A DNA stretch of 64,000 bases, taken from IMG/VR virus record IMGVR_UViG_3300047557_001530, positions 32,001 through 96,000 of that record, one strand, 5' to 3'. The stretch's first letter is position 1. The number at the start of each line of letters is the position of its first letter. Below are positions 30,838-40,960 of this stretch, piece by piece. This stretch comes from a virus. The translations under genes were made by a program, and so were the position numbers. Under the pieces are notes generated by a model, which saw only the letters and a program-made list of their open reading frames with translations, ran no database searches and was not told where the DNA came from.

Positions 30838-32526
30838 ATGAGTCAACTGTTTGGTTTTAAAATCAACAAAAAGGAGGGATTGAAAGGTCAGTCCCCAATC
30901 CCTCCTAATCAAGAAGATGCGGTAGCCACTGTAGCAGGTGGCTATTTTGGCACGTATGTTGACGTTGAAGGCATATCAAGAAACGAATACGAACTCATTC
31001 AACGATATCGTAGCATGGCACTTCACCCTGAGTGTGATACTGCTATTGACGAGATCGTGAATGAGTTTGTTGTTTCTGACGCCGACGATGCTCCAGTAGA
31101 AATTGAGTTATCTAATTTAGACTTAGCTGATAATATCAAAGCAAAAATTAGAAAAGAATTTTCTACAATTCTTAGAATGCTTAAGTTTGATAAGCACTGT
31201 CATCAAATTATTCGCAATTGGTACATTGATGGTAGATTACATTACCATAAAGTGGTTGATTTAGATAATCCAAAAAAAGGCATCTTAGAGTTAAGATATA
31301 TTGATGCCTTAAAGATTAAAAAAGTTAGACAAAAATTTCCTAAGACAGAAGCAGATAGACATATTGAAAGAGGATCTGCTTTAGAGTTTGACTGGGGGGA
31401 TTACATTGAGTATTATCTTTACAACCCACAGGGATTTGGTGTAGCAAATGTTCCTACCACAACAGGTTCATTTAACTATGCTAATACACAAGGAATTAAA
31501 ATTGCAGCAGACTCAATTGCTTATTGCGATTCTGGTTTGAAGGATACTAATAAAAAGATGACTATTAGTTTTCTTCATAAAGCAATTAAGTCTCTCAACC
31601 AACTTAGAATGATTGAGGATTCTCTGGTTATCTATAGATTATCAAGAGCACCAGAAAGAAGAATCTTCTATATTGATGTTGGCAATCTCCCTAAAGTAAA
31701 AGCTGAACAATATCTCCGTGACGTAATGACACGTTACAGAAATAAACTTGTTTATGATTCTGCTACTGGAGAAATTCGTGATGATAAAAAGCATATGAGT
31801 ATGCTTGAAGACTTCTGGCTACCTCGTCGTGAAGGTGGTAGAGGAACTGAAATTTCTACACTTCCTGGTGGACAGAATCTAGGAGAACTCAAAGACGTAG
31901 AATATTTCAAAAAGAAACTTTACAATTCACTTAACCTTCCTCCATCAAGATTAACTGACGATAACAAAGCTTTCAATCTTGGCAAGACAACTGAAATTCT
32001 TAGAGACGAACTTAAATTTGCTAAGTTTATTGGTCGTCTCCGCAAGAGATTTAGCGAATTATTCCATGATATTCTCAAGACTCAATTAATTCTCAAAGGT
32101 ATTATTACCCCAGAAGATTGGGAGGATATGGAAGAGCATATTCAATATGACTTCCTATTTGATAATCACTTTAATGAGTTAAAGCAAGTTGAGCTTATGA
32201 AGGAGCGTATCCAACTTATTACTCAAATGGATCCGTTTGTTGGTAAATATTTCTCCACAGAATATCTTCGTCGCCAAATTCTTATGCAAACTGAAAAAGA
32301 ATTTAAAGAAATGGATCGTCAGATGAAAAAAGATATTAAATCTGGGGTTGCAATTTCTGCATCTGATTCAATGGCATTGGATACTATGGCAAGACAAAAT
32401 GATGCATTTGCCCCAGAAATTCAGGATGCTCAAGCAGATGCTGATGCTCAAAGATCTCTAGAAGCAGAAAAAGAGAAGGCAAAACTTGCTCCAAAACCTT
32501 CTTCAAATAGTGGTTCTACTAAATAA
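30838..32526 (+). CDS. gp20: Portal vertex protein
   Basis: IYRLSRAPERRIFYIDVGNLP, EDFWLPRREGGRGTEI. Confidence 0.97.
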   Translation: MSQLFGFKINKKEGLKGQSPIPPNQEDAVATVAGGYFGTYVDVEGISRNEYELIQRYRSMALHPECDTAIDEIVNEFVVSDADDAPVEIELSNLDLADNIKAKIRKEFSTILRMLKFDKHCHQIIRNWYIDGRLHYHKVVDLDNPKKGILELRYIDALKIKKVRQKFPKTEADRHIERGSALEFDWGDYIEYYLYNPQGFGVANVPTTTGSFNYANTQGIKIAADSIAYCDSGLKDTNKKMTISFLHKAIKSLNQLRMIEDSLVIYRLSRAPERRIFYIDVGNLPKVKAEQYLRDVMTRYRNKLVYDSATGEIRDDKKHMSMLEDFWLPRREGGRGTEISTLPGGQNLGELKDVEYFKKKLYNSLNLPPSRLTDDNKAFNLGKTTEILRDELKFAKFIGRLRKRFSELFHDILKTQLILKGIITPEDWEDMEEHIQYDFLFDNHFNELKQVELMKERIQLITQMDPFVGKYFSTEYLRRQILMQTEKEFKEMDRQMKKDIKSGVAISASDSMALDTMARQNDAFAPEIQDAQADADAQRSLEAEKEKAKLAPKPSSNSGSTK

Positions 32527-32550
32527 GATTATAAATTAGGTTATATTTAT

Positions 32551-32727
32551 ATGTCTAATACTTTGAATATTGTAAGTGCAATTGCCGATAAAAACAAATC
32601 GGATGCTTTGGATATGGTTCATGATTTGATGAAAACATCTGCAGCAGAAGCTTTGGGTATGTACAAAAAATCCGTTGCTTCTACTTATTTTGATGAACCA
32701 GTAGAACCACTAGAGACAGAAGAATGA
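32551..32727 (+). CDS. Small prohead core protein (gp67/gp68-like by position); not in the supplied ORF track
   Basis: 58-aa ORF MSNTLNIVSAIADKNK...PLETEE between gp20 and gp21; its stop overlaps the gp21 ATG. Confidence 0.7.
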   Translation: MSNTLNIVSAIADKNKSDALDMVHDLMKTSAAEALGMYKKSVASTYFDEPVEPLETEE

Positions 32728-33368
32728 AACTCATCACAGAAAATATCGAGGACATTAATGTTCTTGTAGAAGAAACCGCTGGGAAAAAGCACCTATACAT
32801 TGAGGGTATTTTTCTTCAATCAGAAATTAAAAATAGAAACGGTAGAGTATATCCATTTGATGTACTAAATCGTGAAGTTCAAAGATATAACGAAAGTTAT
32901 GTTAAGTCTGGTCGTGCTCTAGGAGAACTAGGACACCCAGATGGACCTACTGTGAATCTCGATAGAGTATCACATAGAATTATCGAACTTCGTTCTGAAG
33001 GAACTAACTTCTACGGAAAGGCTAGAATTCTTGATACCCCAATGGGACAAATTGCAAAGTCTCTTCTTGATGAAGGAGTAAAGCTAGGAGTTTCCTCTAG
33101 AGGCATGGGTTCTCTTGAAGAGCGTAACGGTGCGAATTATGTTCGTGACGATTTTATGCTAGCAACTGCTGCTGACATTGTAGCAGATCCATCAGCTCCT
33201 GATGCATTTGTTAACGGAATCATGGAAGGCAAGGAATGGGTATGGGACGGAGGAATTCTCCGTGAACAACAAGTTGCTAAATATCATAGATATATTTCTG
33301 AATCTACCAGAAAAAATCTTGAAGAAAGGAAGCTCAAAGCTTTTGAGCATTTCCTGTCAAATCTATAA
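32724..33368 (+). CDS. gp21: Prohead protease
   Basis: NRNGRVYP, ALGELGHP, GVSSRGMGSL, ADPSAPDAFV. Confidence 0.97.
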   Translation: MKLITENIEDINVLVEETAGKKHLYIEGIFLQSEIKNRNGRVYPFDVLNREVQRYNESYVKSGRALGELGHPDGPTVNLDRVSHRIIELRSEGTNFYGKARILDTPMGQIAKSLLDEGVKLGVSSRGMGSLEERNGANYVRDDFMLATAADIVADPSAPDAFVNGIMEGKEWVWDGGILREQQVAKYHRYISESTRKNLEERKLKAFEHFLSNL

Positions 33369-33416
33369 TTTGATAAATAATCTTAGAATAATTGTTAGAA
33401 ATACGAGGAAACTCAA

Positions 33417-34571
33417 ATGTCAGATATGTTAAACGAAAGATTTGAGGAGCTTGTAAAAGAACAAAATATTGTTCTTGAAGCAGGTGATCCAATGCCTACC
33501 GTTTCTGCTTCCGTAATTCCTGGTACAGGTAAGGAGCCTTCACAAATTTCCGATGTTCAAACCGCTAAGGCTGGTGGTAAGGATCCACAACCTTCTGTTC
33601 CTCCTACGGTTGCTATCGGTCAGAAAGCTGCTACTGATCTAGGTGGTACTACAACCACTCCTCATGAACATGATGAGGATGGCGAAGAGAATCCTGGTGC
33701 TAAGGCGGCGGCTCCTATTTCTCAAATTTCGGGTGATGCACAACAGGCACATCAAAAAAGCCCTGGAGATATGGCTGCAACTCCTACTGTAGGAACACAA
33801 GTTGCATACGGAACCACAACTGGTCCAAACGTAACTTATCCAATCAAGCCTTCTTTTGAAGAGCTTGATCTTTCTTCTGATGTTGCTGCATTGACTGAAG
33901 GAGAAGAGCTTTCAGAATCATATAAAGAGAAAGCAAAAACAATTTTTGAAGCTGCTGTAAAAGCTAAGCTTAACGAAGAGTACGCTAAGCTTGAAGAGCA
34001 CTTTGAAGCAAAACTTGCTGAGCAAGTTGAAGCTGTTAAAGCTGAACTTGCTGAAGAAGTCATGGGCACTGTTAACTATGGTATTGCCCAATGGATTGAA
34101 GAAAATCAAGTCGCTATTGATCGTGGCATCCGTAACGAAATCACCGAAGATTTCATTGCTGGTTTCATGAATCTCTGTAAAGAGCATTGGATCAACATCC
34201 CAGAGGATAAGACCGATGTTGTAGAAGAAATGGCTGACGAGCTTCGTGAGATGGAAGAACGCCTCAACGAACAAATTGAGCGTAATGTGGAATTAAATAA
34301 TCGTCTTGCTGAGTCGAGCAAAGTCGTAATTCTAAACCAAGTTTCAGAAGGACTTGCTGATACTCAAAAAGAAAAACTCGCTTCACTATCTGAAGGTGTT
34401 ACTTTTGATAACGCAGATCAATTTACTCAAGCAGTAAAAACTCTACGTAAGTCATATTTCCCAGAAGCAGTAACCAAATCAGAAGTAGGTGATGACGCTC
34501 CAGTAGCACTAAGCGAAGATGTATCGCCAACTATGGCTGCATACCTCCAAGCTCTTTCACGCTGGAAATAA
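33417..34571 (+). CDS. gp22: Prohead core scaffold protein
   Basis: Acidic coiled coil with KAKTIFEAAV and LADTQKEKLASL; lies between gp21 and gp23. Confidence 0.92.
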   Translation: MSDMLNERFEELVKEQNIVLEAGDPMPTVSASVIPGTGKEPSQISDVQTAKAGGKDPQPSVPPTVAIGQKAATDLGGTTTTPHEHDEDGEENPGAKAAAPISQISGDAQQAHQKSPGDMAATPTVGTQVAYGTTTGPNVTYPIKPSFEELDLSSDVAALTEGEELSESYKEKAKTIFEAAVKAKLNEEYAKLEEHFEAKLAEQVEAVKAELAEEVMGTVNYGIAQWIEENQVAIDRGIRNEITEDFIAGFMNLCKEHWINIPEDKTDVVEEMADELREMEERLNEQIERNVELNNRLAESSKVVILNQVSEGLADTQKEKLASLSEGVTFDNADQFTQAVKTLRKSYFPEAVTKSEVGDDAPVALSEDVSPTMAAYLQALSRWK

Positions 34572-34621
34572 TTAAATCATAAATATTATCAAACGACAAT
34601 AATACGTTTTAAGAGGTAAAA

Positions 34622-36070
34622 ATGTTCAACGCTTCCCATCTTACAGAAAAGTGGGCACCTGTTTTAAATGCTGCTGAAGCTCCTGCTATCACAGATAAGC
34701 ACAAACAGGCTGTAACCGCTGTAATCCTAGAAAACCAAGAGCGTGCTCTCCGTGAGGACAGAATGCTCACCGAGGCTCCCAACACTGTTGGTGCTATCGG
34801 TCCTAACGCACTTTCAGGTTCAGGTCTTGACACCAAAACTGGTGGTCTAGCTGGTTTCGATCCTATCATGATCAGCCTAGTCCGTCGTGCCATGCCTAAC
34901 CTAATGGCTTATGACATCTGTGGCGTTCAGCCAATGAGCGGTCCTACAGGTCTCATCTTCGCCATGAAGGCTCACTATCAGCATCGTGGTGCTGCTGGTC
35001 TACGTAAAGGACGTGAAGCTCTCTTCAACGAGCCTGATGTAAACTTCTCAGCTAACACCCAGGGTCCTGATGCTTCAACTGGTTACAACGATCCAGTTGT
35101 ACCTATCGGTGTTGCTAACGATCCTTCCTACGCTGAATCCAACCCTGGTCTTCTTAATGATGACGGTTCGGGTGCTGGTACTTACGAGCGTGGCGTTCGT
35201 CCTATCGCCCGTGAGACCGCTGAAGTTCTTGGATCAGGTTCAACCCTATTCAACGAAATGAGCTTCAGCATCGAGAAGACTGCTGTAACCGCCAGAACCA
35301 GAGCACTACGTTCGGAGTACACTCTAGAGCTAGCTCAGGATCTTAAGGCTGTTCACGGTCTTGACGCTGAGCAAGAGCTTGCCAACATTCTCTCAAGCGA
35401 GATTCTCGCTGAGATCAACCGTGAAGTCGTTCGTACTGTATACACCATCGCTAAGCCTGGTGCTCAGAACAACGTTGCTACCGCTGGTGTATTCGACCTT
35501 GACGTTGATTCAAACGGTCGTTGGTCTGTTGAGAAGTTCAAGGGTCTTCTATTCCAGGTTGAGCGTGATGCCAACGCTATCGCTCAGGAAACTCGTCGTG
35601 GAAAGGGCAACTTCCTCATCTGCTCGGCTGACGTAGCTTCAGCTCTAGCGATGGCTGGTGTTCTTGACTATAGCTCGGGTCTAACTGGTGCTGGTGGTCC
35701 TTCCATCGGTCAGGTTGATGACACTGGCAACCTCATGGTTGGCACCATCAACGGTCGTATCAAGGTCTTCGTTGATCCTTATTCGGCTAACGTATCTAGC
35801 GATCATTACTATGTCATGGGTTATAAGGGAACCAATCCTTATGATGCTGGTCTCTTCTATTGCCCATACGTTCCTCTCCAGATGCTACGTTCGATTGATC
35901 CTAACACCTTCCAGCCTAAGATTGGCTTCAAAACCCGTTACGGCATGGTTGCTAACCCATTCGTATTCAACGGTGTTGATGCTGACGGTGTACCTATTCC
36001 TGATGCCGAAGCTCTTACTGCTTCCAAGAATATGTACTACAGACGTGTTCGTATCAAGAACCTCATGTGA
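34622..36070 (+). CDS. gp23: Major capsid protein
   Basis: LVRRAMPNLMAYDICGVQPMSGPTGLIFAM, ELAQDLKAVHGLDAE, FQPKIGFKTRYG. Confidence 0.98.
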   Translation: MFNASHLTEKWAPVLNAAEAPAITDKHKQAVTAVILENQERALREDRMLTEAPNTVGAIGPNALSGSGLDTKTGGLAGFDPIMISLVRRAMPNLMAYDICGVQPMSGPTGLIFAMKAHYQHRGAAGLRKGREALFNEPDVNFSANTQGPDASTGYNDPVVPIGVANDPSYAESNPGLLNDDGSGAGTYERGVRPIARETAEVLGSGSTLFNEMSFSIEKTAVTARTRALRSEYTLELAQDLKAVHGLDAEQELANILSSEILAEINREVVRTVYTIAKPGAQNNVATAGVFDLDVDSNGRWSVEKFKGLLFQVERDANAIAQETRRGKGNFLICSADVASALAMAGVLDYSSGLTGAGGPSIGQVDDTGNLMVGTINGRIKVFVDPYSANVSSDHYYVMGYKGTNPYDAGLFYCPYVPLQMLRSIDPNTFQPKIGFKTRYGMVANPFVFNGVDADGVPIPDAEALTASKNMYYRRVRIKNLM

Positions 36071-36088
36071 GTCTTTCTTACAAATTTC

Positions 36089-36115
36089 AAGAGTCCCTTC
36101 GGGGGCTCTTTTTTT
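36089..36115 (+). terminator. Rho-independent terminator after gp23
   Basis: aagagtccc-TTCG-ggggctctt followed by a T run. Confidence 0.9.
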
Positions 36116-36150
36116 ATGCAAATAAATATATTATAGCTTGGGAAGTTGAC

Positions 36151-36663
36151 ATGACTGCTGAATGGTATAAAGAGCAACCTAGAAATAGGAATTTTCTTGC
36201 TCCAGTAGGTTTTCAAATGAAACTAGAATTATTTGAAGGAGTAGATTTTTTCTGCCAACAGGCTAATCTACCTGGAATTTCTATGCCAGTTACAGAAGTT
36301 CCAACTCCATTTAGATCTTTCCCCATTGTTCCTGGTGGTGGAGTTTCATACGATGATTTGCAATTAACTTTTATTGTTGATGAAGATTTAAAAAATTATT
36401 ATTCTATTCATGAATGGATTAGAAAAAACGCCAATAGTGATCAAATAGAATCAGGTCCAGTAGAATATTCTAACGGTCAATTAATGATTATAACTTCTAA
36501 TTTTAATCCATCTTTTTTTATTGATTATAGAAATATTTTTCCAATTAACTTATCTTCAATAGATTTTGATGCTACTGTAGATGACATAGAATTTTTTACA
36601 GCTACTGCCACATTTAAATTCCAAAATTATTTTATTCGTGATAAAAATTTTAAGTTACTATGA
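36151..36663 (+). CDS. gp3: Tail tube terminator/completion protein
   Basis: ATG at 36151; NRNFLAPVGF, CQQANLPGI, FIVDEDLKNYYSIHEW; lies between gp23 and uvsY. Confidence 0.88.
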   Translation: MTAEWYKEQPRNRNFLAPVGFQMKLELFEGVDFFCQQANLPGISMPVTEVPTPFRSFPIVPGGGVSYDDLQLTFIVDEDLKNYYSIHEWIRKNANSDQIESGPVEYSNGQLMIITSNFNPSFFIDYRNIFPINLSSIDFDATVDDIEFFTATATFKFQNYFIRDKNFKLL

Positions 36664-37136
36664 AATTTGAAAACATCGTTAAATTATTTGAAACAATTAA
36701 AGAAGAATGGAAAGAAGACAGTCATGTTGATTTCCAATTTAAAAACAAACAGTATACAGAAGATCTCGGTAAGTTAGCATTAGAGATCCCTTTTCAGCAC
36801 AATAAATACTTAAACTACTACACAGATCTTAGTCAAGTTAAAACTTCTTTAGAGTTTGAATGCAGGCGTGTAGTAAAAGAAAAAAGAGAATATTATTCTG
36901 GCGAAGCAGACGCCAAGGTATACGCCGAGAAACCTTTCGGTGCAAGTATTAAAACAGCAGAAAAGATGAAGACTTATCTGGAATCAGATGAGGATATCAT
37001 CAATATAGAAGCAAAAATTAAATACGTTGAACAGGCACTTTACTTCCTGGACAGTGTAATGAAAATGATTTCCAATCGTGGATTTCAAATCAAATCGGCT
37101 ATTGACTGGGAAAAGTTTATTAATGGTACTACTTAA
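36660..37136 (+). CDS. uvsY: Recombination mediator protein
   Basis: HNKYL, EYYSGEA, ISNRGFQIKSAIDWEKF; precedes uvsW. Confidence 0.9.
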   Translation: MKFENIVKLFETIKEEWKEDSHVDFQFKNKQYTEDLGKLALEIPFQHNKYLNYYTDLSQVKTSLEFECRRVVKEKREYYSGEADAKVYAEKPFGASIKTAEKMKTYLESDEDIINIEAKIKYVEQALYFLDSVMKMISNRGFQIKSAIDWEKFINGTT

Positions 37137-38599
37137 TGACACGAATCATTGTTAAGAAAAAGAACGAAGTATTTTTACAGATCCAAGCAGAACCATACGT
37201 TCATCAAGAATTATCTGATTACTTCACCTTTGAAGTTCCTGAAGCAAAGTTCCTAAAAAGAAATCCAAAGTATAGATATTGGGATGGTACTATTCGTTTA
37301 TACTCTCCTGGCACAGGAGAAATCTATGTTGGTCTATATCAACAGTTTCTTCTATGGGCTAAAGAAAGAGGATACTCCATTGAATCAGTTAAGAATGATT
37401 GGTATGGAGAAGCTAGTGATACCAACTCAATGGTATCTCCTGAAGGTGTAAAAACTTTCATGGATAAAATCTCTAGTATCAAAGCTAGAGACTATCAATA
37501 TTACACTGTTTATCTTGCTCTTAAATATAACAGAGGATTATTCTTGTCTCCTACTGGATCAGGTAAGTCCTTAATGATTTATTCTCTTGTTAGATATTAT
37601 CACGCTACAGATAAAAAAATTCTCATCATTGTTCCTACTACATCTCTGGTAGAACAGATGGTAAAAGACTTCACCGACTATGGATGGAATGCTGAAGAAC
37701 ATATTCACAAAATTTATTCAGGTCAAGAAAAGAATTCTGACAAACCTATTATCATTTCTACATGGCAGTCCATTTACAAATTTCCTAAAAGATATTTTGA
37801 TGACATTGATTGTGTAATTGGAGACGAGGCACATCTATTCAAATCAAAATCTCTCACAGGTATTATGGAGAAGCTTCATAATGCCAAGTATCGTTTTGGT
37901 TTTACAGGAACACTTGATGGAACCAAAACACACAAGTGGGTTCTAGAAGGTTTGTTTGGACATTGTGAAAAAGTTACGAAGACTGATGATCTAATTAAAA
38001 AAGGACATCTATCTAATCTTCGCATTAAAATTCTTGTGTGCAAACATGAGTATCAATACTTTGAAGATTATCATCAAGAGATGGATTATCTTGTTACAAA
38101 CAAGAAAAGAAATAACTTAATTAAAAATCTTGTAAACGATCTTGATGGCAACACATTAGTTCTTTTCAATTACGTAGAGAAGCATGGGGAGCCTTTATAC
38201 GAACTCATAAATAGTACAGTTGGTGACAACCGTAAAGTATTTTTTGTTCATGGATCGATTGATACTGAAGATAGAGAAGAAGTAAGAAAAATTACTGAAC
38301 AAGAAAGTAATGCTATTATTATTGCTTCCTACGGAACGTTTAGCACTGGTATTAATATTAAACGTCTTCATAATATTATATTTGCTTCGCCATCTAAATC
38401 TCGTATCAGAAATCTCCAAAGTATTGGAAGAGTACTTAGAAAAGGAGAAGGAAAAGAAATAGCTACTCTTTATGATATTGCTGATGATATCTCAAGTAAA
38501 ACAAGACAAAATTATACTCTAAGACACCTTCAAGAAAGAATTAAAATTTATCAAGAAGAAAATTTTAAATACGAAGTTATCAAGGTAAATCTAAAATGA
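37136..38599 (+). CDS. uvsW: SF2 DNA helicase
   Basis: WDGTIRL, SPTGSGKS, DEAH, GFTGT, LQSIGRVLR. Confidence 0.96.
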   Translation: MTRIIVKKKNEVFLQIQAEPYVHQELSDYFTFEVPEAKFLKRNPKYRYWDGTIRLYSPGTGEIYVGLYQQFLLWAKERGYSIESVKNDWYGEASDTNSMVSPEGVKTFMDKISSIKARDYQYYTVYLALKYNRGLFLSPTGSGKSLMIYSLVRYYHATDKKILIIVPTTSLVEQMVKDFTDYGWNAEEHIHKIYSGQEKNSDKPIIISTWQSIYKFPKRYFDDIDCVIGDEAHLFKSKSLTGIMEKLHNAKYRFGFTGTLDGTKTHKWVLEGLFGHCEKVTKTDDLIKKGHLSNLRIKILVCKHEYQYFEDYHQEMDYLVTNKKRNNLIKNLVNDLDGNTLVLFNYVEKHGEPLYELINSTVGDNRKVFFVHGSIDTEDREEVRKITEQESNAIIIASYGTFSTGINIKRLHNIIFASPSKSRIRNLQSIGRVLRKGEGKEIATLYDIADDISSKTRQNYTLRHLQERIKIYQEENFKYEVIKVNLK

Positions 38600-39003
38600 T
38601 GGAAGAAGAATTCTTCTCTACATTAAAATTAACATCTGGTGAAGAAATTATAGCTAAAGTATGTTACTTACCAGATGAAGATTCTTTATTAGTAGAGAAC
38701 CCTAAATTAGTTGAAAAATTAATACAAAAAAGAAATGGTAAATCTATTCAAGGTTTTGTATTAAAAGATTGGATACATTCCACTTATGATTCTTTGTTCG
38801 TTATTAAAATGGAACAGGTAATCACTATGACAGAACTAGATAAGAAGATAGAATCATTTTACTTAAGTAATTTAAATGATACTGATGATTCTAGTGAAGA
38901 TGGTATTGATATTAAACCTAATAAATTTAGTAAACAAATGGGTTACTTAGGATCAGTTAAGGAAACTAAAAGGTTTCTTGAAGAAATCTATAAAAAATCC
39001 TAA
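38596..39003 (+). CDS. Conserved hypothetical protein (Sm-like N-terminus)
   Basis: LKLTSGEEIIAKV; lies between uvsW and gp55. Confidence 0.7.
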   Translation: MMEEEFFSTLKLTSGEEIIAKVCYLPDEDSLLVENPKLVEKLIQKRNGKSIQGFVLKDWIHSTYDSLFVIKMEQVITMTELDKKIESFYLSNLNDTDDSSEDGIDIKPNKFSKQMGYLGSVKETKRFLEEIYKKS

Positions 39004-39059
39004 AGAACTTAAAGACTCTAAAGTATTAGATATATTATTCATGAACCCTGGACAGAGTT

Positions 39060-39088
39060 ATTCTACTGGGTTTCTGAGGTTTTGTCAA
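39060..39088 (-). promoter_or_regulatory. Antisense sigma70-type promoter
   Basis: Minus strand: TTGACA (39088-39083), 17 nt, TAGAAT (39065-39060). Confidence 0.55.
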
Positions 39089-39094
39089 CCCCCC

Positions 39095-39123
39095 TTGACA
39101 AACCCATGATAATGGTCTATACT
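39095..39123 (+). promoter_or_regulatory. Sigma70-type promoter for gp55-gp47-gp46
   Basis: TTGACA (39095-39100), 17 nt, TATACT (39118-39123). Confidence 0.8.
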
Positions 39124-39156
39124 GATACCATAACAATTTGGATAGAGACATGCATC

Positions 39157-39648
39157 ATGGCAAAAAAGAAAACAGAAAATTACGTCAATAACAAAGAATT
39201 CCTAGAGGCTATTAGCGTTTACAGGAAGAAAGTTCTTGAAGCAAAAGAGAAAGGTCTGCCTAAGCCTCGGGTTCCGAATTATATTGGCGACTGTTTTCTT
39301 AAAATTGCTACGCACTTATCCTATAAACCAAACTTTGTAAACTATATGTTCCGTGATGAGATGATCTCAGACGGGATTGAAAATTGTTTACAATATATTC
39401 ACAACTTCGATCCAGAAAAATCAAGTAATCCCTTTGCCTATTTTACTCAGGTAATTTACTTTGCCTTCCTTCGTAGAATCGCCAAAGAGAAAAAGCAACT
39501 GGAAATCAAAACTAAGATCCTTGAGCGTAGTGGATACGATCATGTGATGTATACTGAAAGTTTTGAAGGAGATATGGCAGGACTTAATCAAAGCTATTCT
39601 GATATGTCTGGCATTAAAGAAAACCTTGAGATTAAAAATAAGCGATGA
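39157..39648 (+). CDS. gp55: Late transcription sigma factor
   Basis: ATG at 39157; YVNNKEF, YIGDCFLKIA, MISDGIENC, NPFAYFTQ. Confidence 0.96.
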   Translation: MAKKKTENYVNNKEFLEAISVYRKKVLEAKEKGLPKPRVPNYIGDCFLKIATHLSYKPNFVNYMFRDEMISDGIENCLQYIHNFDPEKSSNPFAYFTQVIYFAFLRRIAKEKKQLEIKTKILERSGYDHVMYTESFEGDMAGLNQSYSDMSGIKENLEIKNKR

Positions 39649-40694
39649 CAGTAGCTCTTATTACCGATCAGCATTTGGATGGTCGTAAAGGTAGTGTGAT
39701 TTTCTGGGAATACTTTTTGGAATTTTATAATGAAGTATTTTTTCCAACTCTTCAAAAGAAAGGAGTATCAACCATCATCGACCTTGGAGATACGTTCGAT
39801 AATCGCAAGGGCATTGATTTTAATGTTTGGACTCGTATTCGCCGTCATTACTTTGACCGTATCCGTGAGCTTGGCATTACTCTTCATATGATTACTGGAA
39901 ATCATGATGTGTATTATAAAAACACAAATGATATAAACTCTCCAGAGCTTCTCCTTTCTGATTATGACAACATCATTGTCTACTCTAAACCAACTACGGT
40001 AAACATCGAAGGTACAGATATCTGTATGCTTCCCTGGATCAACTCAGAAAATGAAGCAGAGGTTCATCAACATCTCAAACAAACTTCTGCTAAAATTGTG
40101 ATGGGACATCTTGAACTGAATGGGTTTGAGGTTTCTCCTGGTCTTGTTCATGAAGGTGGCATGGACCCAGATGTATTCATTAAATTTAAACAAGTGTTTT
40201 CTGGACACTTCCATCACAAGTCAAGAAAAGGAAATGTAACTTATCTTGGCAACCCATACCAGATGTTCTGGAATGATTACAAAGACCCTAGAGGATTCCA
40301 TCTTTATGAACCGTCATCCAATAAGTTACAATTCATCAAGAACCCATACGAAATTTTCCAAAAGATTTATTATGATGATGCTGATCCTAATTTCAGCGTC
40401 AATCCCAACGACTATGCAAATACTTTTGTCAAGGTTATCGTAGAAAATAAAACAGATTATTTTAGATTTGAAAAAACTATTGAAGCATTATTTGATGTTG
40501 GTGTTCATGATTTAAAAGTTGTTGAAACTTTAGTTGAAAAAGATACAGTTAAACATGTTGACTCAGAACTTGAAGCTAAGGATACTCTTTCACTTCTCAA
40601 TGAATATATTGATGATGTAGAAATTTCCGTAAATAAAAATCAACTCAAAAATATTATGAAAACACTATATATTGAAAGTTGTGAAGTAGTATGA
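39645..40694 (+). CDS. gp47: Recombination endonuclease subunit (Mre11/SbcD-like)
   Basis: Metallophosphoesterase motifs TDQH, LGDTFD, GNHD, GHFH. Confidence 0.95.
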   Translation: MTVALITDQHLDGRKGSVIFWEYFLEFYNEVFFPTLQKKGVSTIIDLGDTFDNRKGIDFNVWTRIRRHYFDRIRELGITLHMITGNHDVYYKNTNDINSPELLLSDYDNIIVYSKPTTVNIEGTDICMLPWINSENEAEVHQHLKQTSAKIVMGHLELNGFEVSPGLVHEGGMDPDVFIKFKQVFSGHFHHKSRKGNVTYLGNPYQMFWNDYKDPRGFHLYEPSSNKLQFIKNPYEIFQKIYYDDADPNFSVNPNDYANTFVKVIVENKTDYFRFEKTIEALFDVGVHDLKVVETLVEKDTVKHVDSELEAKDTLSLLNEYIDDVEISVNKNQLKNIMKTLYIESCEVV

Positions 40695-40960
40695 TGTTTA
40701 TTCTCACGCTTAAGGACAAACCAGAAGGAGTGTTCTCCGTTATTGATGATATCAATGGAGATCAAATCATCCCGATCTTTGAGTGTGAGGATGATGCTGA
40801 GAGATACCAAGAACAACTTGAATTTCAAACTCAACGATATAAACTTCAGGTTCTTGAAATACCAGAAGAAGTAATTATTAAAGCTTGTCGAGAGCGTGAT
40901 CAAAAATATGCTATAATTACCGAAGATGATTTTATTGTTCCCCCAAATGAATTAGTATGA
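40691..40960 (+). CDS. Conserved hypothetical protein
   Basis: 89 aa (FECEDDAERY), coupled between gp47 and gp46. Confidence 0.7.
   Translation: MMFILTLKDKPEGVFSVIDDINGDQIIPIFECEDDAERYQEQLEFQTQRYKLQVLEIPEEVIIKACRERDQKYAIITEDDFIVPPNELV

Noticed and set aside
36067-39156. Upstream starts in the ORF track for gp3 (36067) and gp55 (39082), likewise 25117 and 27785
   Set aside because: These extensions run through terminators, promoters or the previous gene. Downstream ATGs (36151, 39157, 25135, 27833) fit conserved N-termini or translational coupling better.
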